Origin: Rebecca billardiae RCC1528
Taxonomy: Eukaryota > Protista > Haptophyta
DNA length: 64,000 bases
NCBI GenBank assembly: GCA_965240325.2
Contig: OZ251226.1
Location: forward strand, 3,162,001 to 3,226,000
Direction: 5' to 3'
Part shown: positions 11,467 to 21,616 of the stretch, piece by piece
Position numbering within the stretch: position 1 is the stretch's first letter
Layout of the letters: each line of letters begins with the position of its first letter
Program-made: the position numbers and the translations under genes
Notes under the pieces: generated by a model
Seen by the model: only the letters and a program-made list of their open reading frames with translations
Databases searched by the model: none
Told to the model about the DNA's origin: nothing

Positions 11467-14121
11467 TCAGCCGTCGGCCTCGTCCACGAGGAAGGTGAGC
11501 GCGCCGCCCGCGCGCACGAGCTCGGCGTAGCTCGCGGTGCGCACGAGCTCGACCGGAGGCGCGCCCTGTCGCGCGTCGGCCGCCACCCACAGCGCGTCGG
11601 CCGTCTCGCCCCGCTCGCGTGGCCGGCGCGTGACGACGAGCGTGCCGCCGCGCACGCGCAGCGAGACGCGCGCGTACAGCGGCGCGCCGAGCACGAGCTC
11701 GTCGGTGGCGAGGCGCAGCGGGTACAGCCCGCTCGCGGAGAGCAGGAACCACGCGCTCATCTCGCCGTTGTCCTCGTCGCCCGCGTACCCGCGCGGCGTG
11801 TACAGCTCGCGCAGCACGCGCCGGATCCACGCGCGCGCGCGCGCCGCGCACGCGCCCCCGTCCGCGCTCAGCATCGTGTAGAGCGTGTGGTGCGTGGGCT
11901 GGTTGTTGTGCGCGAGCTCGCCAAAGCCCTTGTCGCCGACCAGCCGCGCCTCGGTCACCTCGTGGATCTCGCCCCAGTAGTACAGGCTGGACGAGCCGTC
12001 GAACGGGCGCGTGAGCGCAGCCTGCACCGCCTCGCACAGCCTGCCCCCGTACAGCGCGCCCAGCCCGCTCACGTTGAACGGCGCGTAGAAGCGGTACTGC
12101 TGCGGCCCGCCCTCCGTGTAACCGCCGCCCCACACGGACATGGGCTGGCGGACGAAGCCGCCGCCCGAGCCGCGCGGCTGGAAGGAGGGCGGCCCGAGCT
12201 CGCGCTCGAAGAGCCGCGGGTACTGCGCCGCGCGCCGCTCGAGCTCGGCGCTGAGCGAGGGGTACGAGCCGTTGGCCGTGCACGCGAGGGCAGGGCTCAC
12301 GCCGCGCTCGCACAGCGCGCTCGCCGCCTGCGCGACCGCCCAGTCGGCGTAGTAGAAGTTGAGCGAGAAGGAGACGGACTCGCCGTGCGCGTCGGCGGGC
12401 AGGTAGCCGTGCCGCGCCATCAGCGCCTGCGACGCGCCGCGCCCGCGCTTCTCGCCGCCGCCCCCGTCCTCGGCGTCGCGCACGATCGTCCGCAGCGCCG
12501 CGCGCTCGTCAAAGCCGCCGATCCGCTTGACGAGCGCGTCCGCGAGCGTCACGTCCGACATCGTAGCGTGGCACAGCGCGCACGAGCGCGCGCCCGGGCT
12601 GGCCCACTGCGGCACCCAGCCGCCCAGCTCGTCCGCCGCGTGCAGCCAGCCGTCCACCATCCGGCCGAGCGTCTCCGCGTGCGCGAGGCCCAGCCACGGG
12701 TAGAGCGTGCGGTACGCGTCCCAGAAGCCAGAGTCGGCGACCAGCACGCCCGGCACCGGGCGCGCGCCCGTGTACGGCGACCAGTGCACCGGCCGGCCGG
12801 CCGCGTCGAGCTCGTGCAGGAAGCGCGGGAAGAGCGCCGCGCGGTACGCCGCGGTGTACCACACCACGCGCGCCTCCTCCCCGCGCCGCGCCGCGCGCGC
12901 CTCGGCGTGCGCCGCGCGCGCGCGCTCGTGCCGCGCGCTGCGCGCCGGCCGGCCGCGCGGCGCGGCCGGCTCGGCGCCAACCTCGTCGAGCGTGCTCGCG
13001 CCGAGCACCTCCTCCCAGCGCGCGGCGGCGGCGGCTGCGACCGAGTCGACGGTGGCGCCGTGCGGCACCTCCGCCTCCAGCGAGCGCGCCGCGTACTCGC
13101 CGTCGATGAACGACGTCGCCACGCGCGCCGTCAGCTGGGGCGCGCCCGACTCAAAGCCGAGGCTGAGCGCGTCGGGCTCGCTCTGCGCGCCCGAGTCTGC
13201 GCGCACGCGCAGCAGGTGGCGCACGGGCTGCGAGAATTGGAGGTGGATGTGCAGGCGGTAGTCCTCCGCGCACAGCGCCTCGTCGGCGCACGCGCTGCCG
13301 CCCACCGCCACGCGCACGCCCGCCTCGCCCACCCGCTGCACGCTCAGCACGGACGGCACGTGATAGTCGGCCAGCCTGAAGCGCAGCAGCAGCCGGCGCG
13401 TGCCGGCGCGCGCCGCGTCGTCGAGGTAGGTGACGGTGGCGATGGCGGCGTGCGTGGCGGGCGCGAGCTCGAGGCGGAGCGCGCCCTCGCCGCCCGGCAC
13501 GCTGCCCGCCGCCAGCGTCGCGCCCATCCGGTGCGGCGCCACGCTGAGCTCGCTGTACTCGTACCCGCGCCACGCGGCTCGCGCGGCCTCGCCCGCGTCG
13601 GCCGGCCCGCCCACGAGCGGCGTGAGCAGGAAGTAGCCGTAGTCGCCGATCCACGGGGAGGGCTGGTGCGTGCAGCGGAACCCGTGCAGCCGCCCGCCGG
13701 CGTCCAGCCCGGGCGACGCGCCCGACGGCTCGAAGATGAAGCCGTCGGTCGGAGGCAGGCGCGTCTGCACGACCCAAGCGTTGAAGCCCCACGGCAGCGC
13801 GACGAGCGGCAGCGTGTTGCCCTCGCTCATCGCCGAGTGGCCGGGGTACGAGCCCGCAAACACGTTCACGTACTCCACCAGCCGGCCACGCTGCTTCTCG
13901 CCGCCCTCGCGCGCGGCGTGCACACGGCGCTTCTCGAGGTTTGAAAGGTCCTCGCGCGGCGTGGGCGCCGGGTAGTTTGCGCGCCGCCGGCGGGTGTGGC
14001 GCTGACCACCGACGACCTCCGCGAACGGGCGGTTGGCGCTCGCTGCCGAGAGCACGATCAGCAAAGCGAGCGCGGCGCCGAGCCCGGCCAGCGCGCCCGC
14101 CACGGCGCAGCACGGACGCAT
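11467..14121 (-). CDS. Glycoside hydrolase family 92 (alpha-1,2-mannosidase-like) with N-terminal signal anchor, apparently intronless
   Basis: GH92 motifs GNTLPLVALPWG, RCTHQPSPWIGDYG, DSGFWDAYRTLYPW, YTEGGPQQY, HNNQPTHH, GDEDNGEMSAWF...GLYP. ATG 14121 (MRPCC) is followed by a hydrophobic stretch. Confidence 0.92.
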   Translation of the reverse strand: MRPCCAVAGALAGLGAALALLIVLSAASANRPFAEVVGGQRHTRRRRANYPAPTPREDLSNLEKRRVHAAREGGEKQRGRLVEYVNVFAGSYPGHSAMSEGNTLPLVALPWGFNAWVVQTRLPPTDGFIFEPSGASPGLDAGGRLHGFRCTHQPSPWIGDYGYFLLTPLVGGPADAGEAARAAWRGYEYSELSVAPHRMGATLAAGSVPGGEGALRLELAPATHAAIATVTYLDDAARAGTRRLLLRFRLADYHVPSVLSVQRVGEAGVRVAVGGSACADEALCAEDYRLHIHLQFSQPVRHLLRVRADSGAQSEPDALSLGFESGAPQLTARVATSFIDGEYAARSLEAEVPHGATVDSVAAAAAARWEEVLGASTLDEVGAEPAAPRGRPARSARHERARAAHAEARAARRGEEARVVWYTAAYRAALFPRFLHELDAAGRPVHWSPYTGARPVPGVLVADSGFWDAYRTLYPWLGLAHAETLGRMVDGWLHAADELGGWVPQWASPGARSCALCHATMSDVTLADALVKRIGGFDERAALRTIVRDAEDGGGGEKRGRGASQALMARHGYLPADAHGESVSFSLNFYYADWAVAQAASALCERGVSPALACTANGSYPSLSAELERRAAQYPRLFERELGPPSFQPRGSGGGFVRQPMSVWGGGYTEGGPQQYRFYAPFNVSGLGALYGGRLCEAVQAALTRPFDGSSSLYYWGEIHEVTEARLVGDKGFGELAHNNQPTHHTLYTMLSADGGACAARARAWIRRVLRELYTPRGYAGDEDNGEMSAWFLLSASGLYPLRLATDELVLGAPLYARVSLRVRGGTLVVTRRPRERGETADALWVAADARQGAPPVELVRTASYAELVRAGGALTFLVDEADG

Positions 14122-14352
14122 GGCGGCGGTGCCGGAGGCGTTCGCGCTGCTTTGACCTGTGACCTTGCCCTTGATCGAGGTCCGACGAGCCGCCAAGCGC
14201 GGGAGTTTCAATTTTGAGCACGCGTCTCTCAGTGCTCACCAGGACTCTCCGGCGGATTGGGATTGGCGGTCAGCACTCAGCATGGCGCCAACACGCCCCG
14301 GGGGGCAGGAGGAAACGTGATGTGGTGAAAGCACGCTGCACGCAAGCGCACC

Positions 14353-15777
14353 ATGCCCGTCAACGTGCGCAGGAAAGTGCGCGTCCTCCTCTTCGCGCTG
14401 GCAGCCGCTGCTTGGCTGAGCATGATGTGGAGGTCCGCCTTCATGGCGAGCGCCATCGACGGCATGCACATCGCACGACCGCCTCGCCCAGCCGTGGGCG
14501 CGAGCGCCATCGACGGCACGCACATCGCACGACCGCCTCGCCCAGCCGCTGGCGCGAGTGCCATCGACGGCACGTACATTGCACGACCGCCTCGCCCAGC
14601 CGTGGGCGCGAGCGCCATCGCCGGCATGCACATCGCACGAGCGCCTCGCCCAGCCGTGCGCGCACCCCCTGCCATTGTCGCCAGTAGGCCGCCCGAGGTC
14701 ATCGTCGCGATCGGCGTGCTCTCGGCGTGCGCGCACCGCGATAGACGCGACGCGATCCGCACCTCGTGGCTCAGGCCCGTCTTGTCCACGCCGCCTGGCG
14801 CCGCGTGGGCCGCGCGCTTTGTCATGGGCACTGGCGCGCAGTGCGAGAGCCTGGCAGATGAGCTGCACAACGAGCACAACTCGCACGAGGACCTGCTCGT
14901 GCTGGACGTGCCCGACGACGCGGATGGCGTCACGCGCAAGGCGTTCGCCTTCCTCGCGCACGCGGCAGCGGGGCCCTCGTGGGCGCCCGGCCTCACGCAC
15001 GTGCTCAAGGTGGATGACGACACGTACCTCAACATGAGCGCTCCGCTGCACGCCGCGCTCGGCGCGTGGCGCGCGCGCGTGGACGCGGGGCCGGACGCGT
15101 GGGGGGAGCACGTGCCTGCGTGCCTGTACTGGGGCAAGCCTACGCTCTTCCGAGCGCACGCGGGCGCGGAGCACAGTCGCTGGCACGTGCCGCCGTGGGT
15201 GTACGCGCTGCCGGGCGCTGCCGGGCTGCAGTACAACGTGGGCGGCGCGTACATGCTCTCCCGATCGCTCGCGGTGCGGCTGGCGAGGCGCATGGGCGCG
15301 CCCGGCTGGGCCCCGCCGTTCGACGACAGCTCGCTCGGCTGGCTCGAGGACGCCGCCGTCGGCCTCGAGCTTCGCCGCGCCGTCCCCCGACTGGCCGAAT
15401 GCGCCGCGCCCACGCACGCCCTCGACTGCCTCTGGACCAAGCCAGACGAGGCGACGGACTTCTGCGCGCCGGGGGCAAACGCGAGCTCGGCGCCGCCCGT
15501 GGGGTACGTCCACCACGTGTCTGCATCGCGCATGGGCGCGATGGCGATGGTGGAGGTTGGTGCTCAAGCGTGCACGCCGCTGCGCGAGGGAGGGCCGCGC
15601 GCGCGTGCGCGCATGCGTTTCAAGCGGCGCGGCCGTCCGCCCATCCGCGGCATCCGCCGCGGATTCAAGCGCGTGTGGGTGAGGCCAGTGAAGACGGAGG
15701 ACAAGGAAGGCTTTGCCACCGTGACGGACGTCATGGCGAGGGAGCCACTTGACATCTTCACTCCGGATGACCAATAA
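14353..15777 (+). CDS. Glycosyltransferase family 31 (beta-1,3-galactosyltransferase-like), type II membrane
   Basis: TM VLLFALAAAAWL; RRDAIRTSWL; ARFVMG; VLKVDDDTYLN (DxD); YNVGGAYMLS; LEDAAVGL; HHVS. Confidence 0.88.
   Translation: MPVNVRRKVRVLLFALAAAAWLSMMWRSAFMASAIDGMHIARPPRPAVGASAIDGTHIARPPRPAAGASAIDGTYIARPPRPAVGASAIAGMHIARAPRPAVRAPPAIVASRPPEVIVAIGVLSACAHRDRRDAIRTSWLRPVLSTPPGAAWAARFVMGTGAQCESLADELHNEHNSHEDLLVLDVPDDADGVTRKAFAFLAHAAAGPSWAPGLTHVLKVDDDTYLNMSAPLHAALGAWRARVDAGPDAWGEHVPACLYWGKPTLFRAHAGAEHSRWHVPPWVYALPGAAGLQYNVGGAYMLSRSLAVRLARRMGAPGWAPPFDDSSLGWLEDAAVGLELRRAVPRLAECAAPTHALDCLWTKPDEATDFCAPGANASSAPPVGYVHHVSASRMGAMAMVEVGAQACTPLREGGPRARARMRFKRRGRPPIRGIRRGFKRVWVRPVKTEDKEGFATVTDVMAREPLDIFTPDDQ
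14446..14657 (+). repeat. Coding tandem repeat, 54 bp x ~4 (ASAIDGxHIARPPRPAVG), in the GT31 stem
   Basis: Units start at 14446, 14500, 14554 and 14608. Confidence 0.9.
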
Positions 15778-15887
15778 CCAGGCATCACATCAGCGCGCAC
15801 ATGACTCATGTGCGCGCGGATGGCGTGCCTGTGAGTTGTGTCTGGAGTGGATGTGCCAAGTGGCTCCCACGCCATAGCATCCGTCAC
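15721..15887. repeat. 167-nt imperfect inverted repeat (fold-back) overlapping the GT31 stop codon
   Basis: GTGACGGA...GGGAGCCACTTG...GCGCGCACATGA-C-TCATGTGCGCGC...CAAGTGGCTCCC...TCCGTCAC. Confidence 0.9.
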
Positions 15888-17007
15888 GCGGTCCTATGGC
15901 TGCTGATGAGCCTCATTGCTTTGATCTAATTGATGGTACACACTGCTGTCGTCACTACTAGTATTACGGGCTACACTGTTAGCTACGACTAGTCACTAGC
16001 TGCTCGAGATATATATATATATGTATATATATTGGCAATATATATATTGATATATTGCCTATATATATACGCCTGCCCGTTGCATATACCACGTCGTTAA
16101 TAATAACTACTCATGGCCCGCGGTGCAGGGCGGAGCGCGCAGCGTGGAGCCCGCACCAGCGGGCCCGAACCACGTTTCAAAAAGATCTTTATGATCAAGA
16201 AAAAAGGGACGGGGGGCGGCGGAAAAAAAGGGACGGGGGGCGATTTTTAGGGCTGGCGGAGACCGAGTTTCGAGTTTTTGAGATCGCATTGAGAGGTCTA
16301 TCAGGCCAAAAAAAAGCGCGCCCAGCTGATTCCCTTAAGTAAAGTGCGATCTGGACGTCAGCTGGACGTGACATTAGTGTAACGGTTCGTTACGAGCGAA
16401 TCGTACTCGTCTTCCCGGATCGCGTGACGTCCGGACTGGGCCACATCCGGATCGCGGTCGGAGGTGACGTGCCCCGGCACGATGGGCGATGGCGGATATG
16501 CGGGACGGCGCCTGCACGTGCCTCCGGACCCGCCTCCCGCTTGCTGCTCACGCAGTCAGCTGCGACCGTGGCGCATGATCGCAGAAGCAGTGCCGGCAGT
16601 ACGGCCTGCATCAGCTAGTGCCGCGCCGTCGTGGCGCGCGCGGTACGGTTGCGCGTTTGCAGCGCTCGCCACTCGCCCTCGGCGACGGCACGCGCGTGCG
16701 GCTCAGGTGTGTCAAATGCGGTCTCGTCGGCGCGCTTTCGCCTGCCACCTCGTGCACCCGTGCCGCCAGTTTCATCGTCTTCATGAGGACTGCTGCTGCT
16801 GTCGCCATCCGCTCTCCATCACCCCGAGTCGCCGGTCGCGCGGCGCGCGCGGTAGGCACTAGGCAGGGCGTACGGTCACTCACCCGTGCAACGGGTCAAG
16901 TGGCCAGAGTACGTCTGGTCGTTGGCTGGCACGGGCCGCAGCGCTAAAGCACCCTGCTGTCACACCCGACTCCTTCAGTACTCCGAGCTCCGCGGCACGA
17001 CTCACTC

Positions 17008-17135
17008 GGCACGATCGCGGACGGGTCGGATCCGAGCTGATCAGCCAGAGTTGGACACAGTTTGGCAGCTACTAGTAGTAATTCCGATGCCGATGGCACG
17101 ATCGCGGACGGGTCGGATCCGAGCTGATCAGCCAG
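17008..17135. repeat. Direct repeat, 41 bp identical, 87-bp period
   Basis: GGCACGATCGCGGACGGGTCGGATCCGAGCTGATCAGCCAG at 17008 and 17095. Similarity continues imperfectly for about 20 bp. Confidence 0.85.
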
Positions 17136-17631
17136 TTGGACATTTGGAAGCTAGTTGTCAGACGGACGTCCGATTTGACGACCGGTGCCGGGTGCGGTCT
17201 CAGGTCCGCTGCTGTGATTGTGTGAAGTGTGAATGAGTCTCGCGGTCGCGCAGGCAGGGCGACGGTCGGACTAATATAGCTTCAGTCATCTCAGAACCGA
17301 CTTCAACTGGCGAACTGCCACTACGGCGGAGAGCCGCGATTGCACGGCCACCGCGGGCCCCCAACTGCGTTGATTCTATGCAGAAAAGGACCGCGGAACG
17401 CGGTCATAGTTTATTAATAGCTGCATCACTTATTGTCGTATCTTATATATGATCGGCTACGCCGATCGCTTCGGCGGGTAGTGAACAACGAAGTTGAGGG
17501 CGCACGGCCCTGGTAGTTGTCGCGTTCTTCACCGAATCACGATGCGCGCGCCCGCGCCGGCCGCGCCGCCGGCGCGGGCGCGAGTAATCGACGCGATCGA
17601 CGGCCCGTCGGGGGGCTGCGCCGTGTCGAAC

Positions 17632-18136
17632 TCAACGGCGCAGCAGCCGCAGCGCCTCCGCCCGGTGCGCTTCGGGCAGCCCTGCTGGGGCCGCGCGCAG
17701 CGCAGAGATCGCGCTCGGCAGCTCGCCCGTCTCAGCCTCGCACAGCCTTGCGCGCTCGGCGGGATCGGCGCAGCGTCGGATGAATGAGCTCGCAGCTCTG
17801 AGCTCGCAGCTCGTCGGCCGGTCGGCGGCGGGAAAGAGCGTCGCGAGCAGCCGCGGCTCGAGCCTGTCTCCGACCTCCCGCAGCCGCAGCAGCCGCTCCT
17901 TGCACGCCCTCGGCGTCTTCCCCTCGAATGCGGGCACAATGAGCTCCCCACGGCACGTGACACCCTGGATTGCGACCTTTGTCTGTCAGCCTCGCCGCCG
18001 CGTCGAGCGATGCAGTGCGAGGGCCGCTGTGCGCGTCGGCGCCGCCGCGGGTGCTGTCGACCGACGGCCTGGAGCGCGAGGGCGACTGCGAGCACGGGCG
18101 AGAGAGGAGCACGGCGTCGCCCGTAGCATATGCCAC
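17632..18136 (-). pseudogene. Frameshifted Myb/SANT-like domain gene fragment
   Basis: Removing one G from TGGGGAG (about 17946-17949) gives ...GRNPGCHVPWELIVPAFEGKTPRACKERL, matching the Myb repeat pattern W..I...F.G+T...C+ER. Confidence 0.4.
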
Positions 18137-18680
18137 CTCGCCATCGTCGCGGACTCGCCGCTCGCAGATCTAAGCCCAGCCTCGTCGCCAGCAAAACAGA
18201 TGTCCGCGCTCGGCCTCGTGCTGCGAGGACTGGCGCCCAGCCTCGTCGCCCGCAGATCTGCGCGCGCTGCTTGCCGCGCCGTCATGCGCAGCCAGAGAGA
18301 GAGAGGCTCACGGTCAGCACTCCGCACGCGGAGCCATCACAGCGCGGCCATGGTCATGGACGGCGCGAGCGTGAGGGCTTGGGCGAGCGACTTCCCGCGA
18401 ACATGCCGAGAGTTCAGCTGCGCGGGCGTGCGGCGTGGCGCGCGCGGGCGCGCGCATGGTCAGCTGGAAATACAGCGAGAAACGCGCCTCGCCCCCACGC
18501 GCCACGCGCTTTCGTTCGCACCCAGAGTACGCATTGCCCGCCTCTCAGAGGCTCCGTGTGGCTGCCCCAGCTTTTGTATCATCGCGCGAAGCCGTGTGAT
18601 GACGAGCAGTATTAATCAACGGGAGATAACTATCATGATCAGAAAGGATACGGTTATGAATCGCGCGCGGGAACCAGTTT

Positions 18681-20717
18681 CACAGTAAAAAGAAATCGAT
18701 TTTCGGCGTTACCGTAACCCGTCCGCACTTCCGCCCAGTGGGGATGCGCTGGAATTTTTTTCATGCCCCGTTCGCGGCACTTCGCGCCGCGCACAGTGGA
18801 GAAAGATCGGGCCGGAAGCCGTTTGAGCATGGTCGGTCGTGCGCACGCCCATTCGAATCGATGGCGCGCTCCGAGCGGCGGGCATGCGCGCATGTGTGCC
18901 GCGAGGGGGGCTGCGAGGCGTCGGCCGGCTTGCCAAGGCGGTTCCCCGGGGCGGCGTCACCCTCGCCCGCCCCTCCTCGCCCACCCTCGCCCCACGGGCG
19001 GCCACACGTGAGCTGTTAAGATGAGTTCACGGGGGCCGCGCGGCACGCGCGCGGAGAGGCGAGGAAGGGGTGTTTCGCGGAAAAACGTTCTATAGCATTG
19101 TGACCAACCCATGTGGGCACCCGCTCCACAAGTTTGCGCGCCTTCAAACCGCACACAGCGGCCTGAGGAGCTCCCAGACTGAGTTTCGCTCTTGAAGCCT
19201 GGTTTTGGGCCAGATCTTGGTGTGGATGTAGCGCGGCGAGGAGGCGCCGGGCGCGCGCCCGAGCTGCGTGCTGGCACTCGCCATGACCCATAGGCATCGT
19301 CCGTCGCGAACGACCCGGCTCGCCTCGACCTCTCCGACCCGCCGGGCAGCCACGACCGAGCACGGCACGACAATGGCCAAACCGGGAGGCTTCTCAGACC
19401 GCATGGGATGGGCATAGGCGCGAGAGAGGGCGCCCAGCGCGCTCTTGAGATGCACAGGAGCACGCACTGATGCGTATGGAACCATCCCATCACGATCGCC
19501 CCGACCTGGCGCGCCTTATCTGGCCCGTCAGGCTGCCCGCGCCGCCGCCGCCGCGCCATGCCGCCGCCGCGGGCGCCGCCGCACCGCGGGCACATGGGTA
19601 AGTCCGTATTCAACAAATACAGAATTTCCGGTGCGGCCCTCTTTTGGGCGGCAAGGTCGGTCTGGTCGACACCTGCCGCGCGGCATGGGCCACGGCGCGG
19701 CGAGGTGGCGGCTGGCGCACCGCGGCGTGGGCGGGATGGCTCGAGGACACCACCGCCCCGCCTCCCACGCCGCGCCGTGCGCGTGCGCCGTGCTCTCGTC
19801 GCGTACCGATTTTCCTGCGGCGAGCGACGTCCAACAGCGCGACCATGCCATCGCGCGACGAGGTGCGTTCAGCTCGGCGATTTGTCGTATTTGTTGAATA
19901 CATGCGGGTACGAATCGGCCGCAAGATGGCCTCGACGTACACGTCGAGAGCCACGCGCGCGGTGTGGAGTGGCACGCGACGCGGAGAGGGCGGGTGCGGT
20001 GCCGCGGGCGCGCGACTGGTCTAGAACATCCCAATGAAGCGCGGGACGGCGCTGCGCGCCTGTGCTCGCCGCCGTCTCCTCGCAGTCGAAAATATCTGTG
20101 CACCCTTCTGTCTGGCTAGTCGACCGGCCGGCACGCGGCACGCGAGCAGTGTGTGTGGGGAGGAGTGTGACATGGCAGGCTGTGGCGAGGTGGATGGTCG
20201 TGCAGGTCTACGCTAGGAAGGGCCGCTCCCGCGCTCGCGCGGTGCCTCGCGCACGCATCGTCGAGGACGAGCGTGTTTGAATGGCTCCGGAGAAGGCTTA
20301 CGATCGCTCGTTGATGGGCAGCGCGCGACACGTGCACACGACGAAGGTGACGACCAGGCACTCCGGCGAGGGCGGCTGTGCTGGTAGCAGACTGCATTCG
20401 GAGTAAGATGCGCCATCTTACGCGCCGCTTCGCCTCGCTGCATCGCCGCACTGAGCAGCAGGGCTCCACGCTCACGAATGGCTCACCACGAGCTACGTGA
20501 CCGGCCAGCCGCGTGCAACCCGGCGAGGCAGAGAGGGGCGGAGGGATGGGGAGGCTGGGTGGGATGTTGCAGTCCCATGCCCGGGGCACTCGCCAGGCGC
20601 CTGCGCGACCACCGTAGCGCCGTCTGTGCGCTCGTGCGGCCCGCGCGAGAAATTCCCCGAAAATCGGCTCGTGTCGGACGGGTTACGGTAACGATAATCC
20701 CGTTTTTGTTCACTGTG
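18681..20717. mobile_element. Putative non-autonomous DNA transposon with ~45-bp imperfect TIRs starting CACAGT (CMC/Transib-like termini)
   Basis: Left end CACAGTAAAAAGAAATCGATTTTCGG-CGTTACCGTAACCCGTCCG. Right end reverse-complemented CACAGTGAACAAAAACGGGATTAT-CGTTACCGTAACCCGTCCG. There is a 19-bp perfect core at 18707-18725 / 20675-20693. Only a TT dinucleotide is shared by the flanks, and there is no intact transposase ORF. Confidence 0.65.
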
Positions 20718-21548
20718 TTATCGTTCATATTCGTCAAGCTCTCCCGGACGCGCCGGTATTAAATGGGAGAGAATCAAGGGTCGTGCGTGAAGCGGTAGAA
20801 ATTCTTATGCTCATGAGATTTCAGGCTCAAGAATGGATTGCCACCCGCATTGACGTCGTATCAACAGATGACCAAAAGCATATCAACAATAGTTGCTTGC
20901 TAACCGTATGATACCAGGGCGCGCGGGAAGGTCGATTCAAGCTACCCGCGCAATACCATATCGCGTCGCTTTGATGAATCTGAGGAGTGAACAGCTATCC
21001 AGAGAATTCGTTCGATATCTCACCTTTTTTATGGTCAGTTCAACACACGAATCTTGACTATCAGAAAGGTATTAGAGATGACTTCGTCCTATTTGCTTCC
21101 GATTTCTTCTATTACTTACTATCCAAGGATTAAGGAGCAGTACAAACGCAATCATGAGCAGCGACTAATGGACTCAAATGCTGCGGTTTCACACCTAAAT
21201 CCACCTACAAAAATCCCCCAAATCCTGCGCGCATCCTCTTTTTTGTTTTGCGGAGCACGTGCGCCGCCCCCCCCCGGCTTTCGCTCACGCTCAGACCTTT
21301 CGGGGGGGCCGTGCGCCATGAGTCACTTAATACCGTGATGTGACTCGTGTTCACGAGCACGCGGTATATCATATATCATCACTGCGCTACTCACTCACTG
21401 CTGTCTGTGATGCTCCGCGTGGCACCGTCGGGCCATGCCGATATGCCCATCGGCATCGCCATCGGCAGGCTCGTGCGCGCTGCTGCGCCGAGTTCCGAGG
21501 GCGAGCGAGTGCCGGTGCTGCTGCTGCGACGACTGCAATTTGACGATG

Positions 21549-21550
<2 letters not shown>

Positions 21551-21615
<65 letters not shown>
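21551..21615. repeat. (AT)n microsatellite, ~65 bp
   Basis: Direct reading. Confidence 0.95.

Positions 21616-21616
<1 letters not shown>

Noticed and set aside
15721-15887. SECIS element
   Set aside because: GT31 has no in-frame TGA, and the stem lacks SECIS geometry.
17008-17135. CRISPR-like repeat-spacer-repeat
   Set aside because: Only two copies, the similarity runs into the spacer, there are no cas genes, and the context is eukaryotic.
20917-20955. tRNA-like hairpin containing GTCGATTC
   Set aside because: No cloverleaf, D arm or anticodon arm.
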